A stretch of DNA of 63,465 bases from Catajapyx aquilonaris (taxonomy: Eukaryota): contig JYFJ02002090.1 of assembly GCA_000934665.2 (NCBI GenBank), positions 1-63,465 of the forward strand. The letters are read 5' to 3'. Under the pieces are notes generated by a model, which saw nothing but the letters and a program-made list of their open reading frames with translations, did no database searches and had not been told where the DNA came from. Below, one piece after another: positions 62,401-63,465 of this stretch (within the stretch, counting starts at the first letter, position 1; every line of letters begins with the position of its first letter). The translations under genes were made by a program, and so were the position numbers.

Positions 62401-63034
62401 CTGTCAATAAAAATATAAAAAATATAAATGAGTCCCAAATAATTTCTTTGGTATATAGGCACACAGTACTTCCTGCCAGAGTCAACTGTTTGTTATGTTA
62501 GCCCATTCTTTGTAATGCAGCCTGGGTATACACAGTAAATGCTGATTTCACTACAATGAGCTAAAACTGTCACTGTTTCATTGCACCACATTGCACCCAT
62601 GTGCAAGAATGTTTTAACCCTATTTAAAAAATTTTAAAAGCTCTACATTGGAAAGAATGGTGATACTGCACAGGCATTCCACATGGTAGAACATCAGCCC
62701 GGGGGGCGCTCTAAAAACTGGAGCTTTACACCAGAAAGTAATTCAGTATCTGTGTGCCTTGTTCCCATCTCTATCAATAGAAAAAGTACCTCTTGAGATT
62801 AATTTTAACAAATTCTCACAGATCTGAGAATCTCTATCTCTATCTCTATAAATAAGGAAGCTTCATTGTTAGTTTGGATGTTTGTCCCTTATAGAAATCC
62901 AGGGGAAGGCCCCTACACCGCCTTAAATTAGCATATCGGGGGTTACTTTTTCCAAGGAATCTAACGCCGCATGTTTCAGCTTCCGAAAATGTACCTAACT
63001 CCCACAACACGCATATTCCTGCCTCAACAATTAG

Positions 63035-63404
63035 CTTACAATAATAACAATAAATCAATTTGCATTCCCATGGAAATGCATATCTTTTTTTTAAGCTATT
63101 TACCTCCCTGCATCGTGCCGCAGGGAGGGAACCTTTATTTCGTCTTGATGGAACCTTTTTGACGTAGCGCCCGGGCCCACGGGCAGGGTGACTGGGAGGG
63201 TATGTGCAAGGTGCAAGTGCAATTCTCAAACGATATATTTTGTGAACTCCCCCGGGTGGATTAGTCTGAGGAGATTCCACCCGAAACGAAGCCAGAGACG
63301 ACCCAACTCTGCACGGGATCAAGGAGGGAACCCCGGGCTGGGATCGAACCCGGAACCTTAACATCCACGGGAGCATACGTTTCCGCAGCGCCACTTTGTC
63401 TCCC
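63035..63404 (-). mobile_element. tRNA-derived SINE (family 1), second copy, in an RFC4 intron
   Basis: Head GGGAGACAAAGTGGCGCTGCGG...GGTTCGATCCC; body aligns by eye with 33530-33790. Confidence 0.8.
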
Positions 63405-63465
63405 CTAGGAAATGCCCTTATGCCACAATACCTAGCAAATTAAACCATCTCCGTAAATTCAGCGC

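Noticed and set aside
62846..63394. 182-aa ORF
   Set aside because: Runs through a SINE copy; not conserved as an ORF in the second copy.

Overview
Gene-dense, intron-containing animal DNA; protein similarity points to an arthropod, but the species cannot be determined. Manually spliced genes: Fbxo45/Fsn (+, 1062-5875), Dp/TFDP (+, 13076-23898), an ST6Gal-type sialyltransferase SiaT (+, 25726-29087), a C2H2 zinc-finger gene (+, 40368-41351), Mmp1 (-, 44922-52322, two candidate terminal exons) and the 3' end of RFC4 (-). Two features are largely invisible to the ORF track. (1) A cluster of four paralogous six-exon genes on the minus strand encoding 130-149 aa secreted 8-Cys proteins with odorant-binding-protein-like spacing; one copy is nested antisense inside a SiaT intron. 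(2) A ~340-430 nt CpG-rich, G-U-rich rod-like fold inside the long Dp intron that looks like an unannotated structured RNA. There are also many small transposons: a mariner fold-back element, Harbinger/Kolobok/hAT-type MITEs, tRNA-derived SINEs and LINE fragments. All models come from reading the sequence by eye; no searches or folding programs were run.
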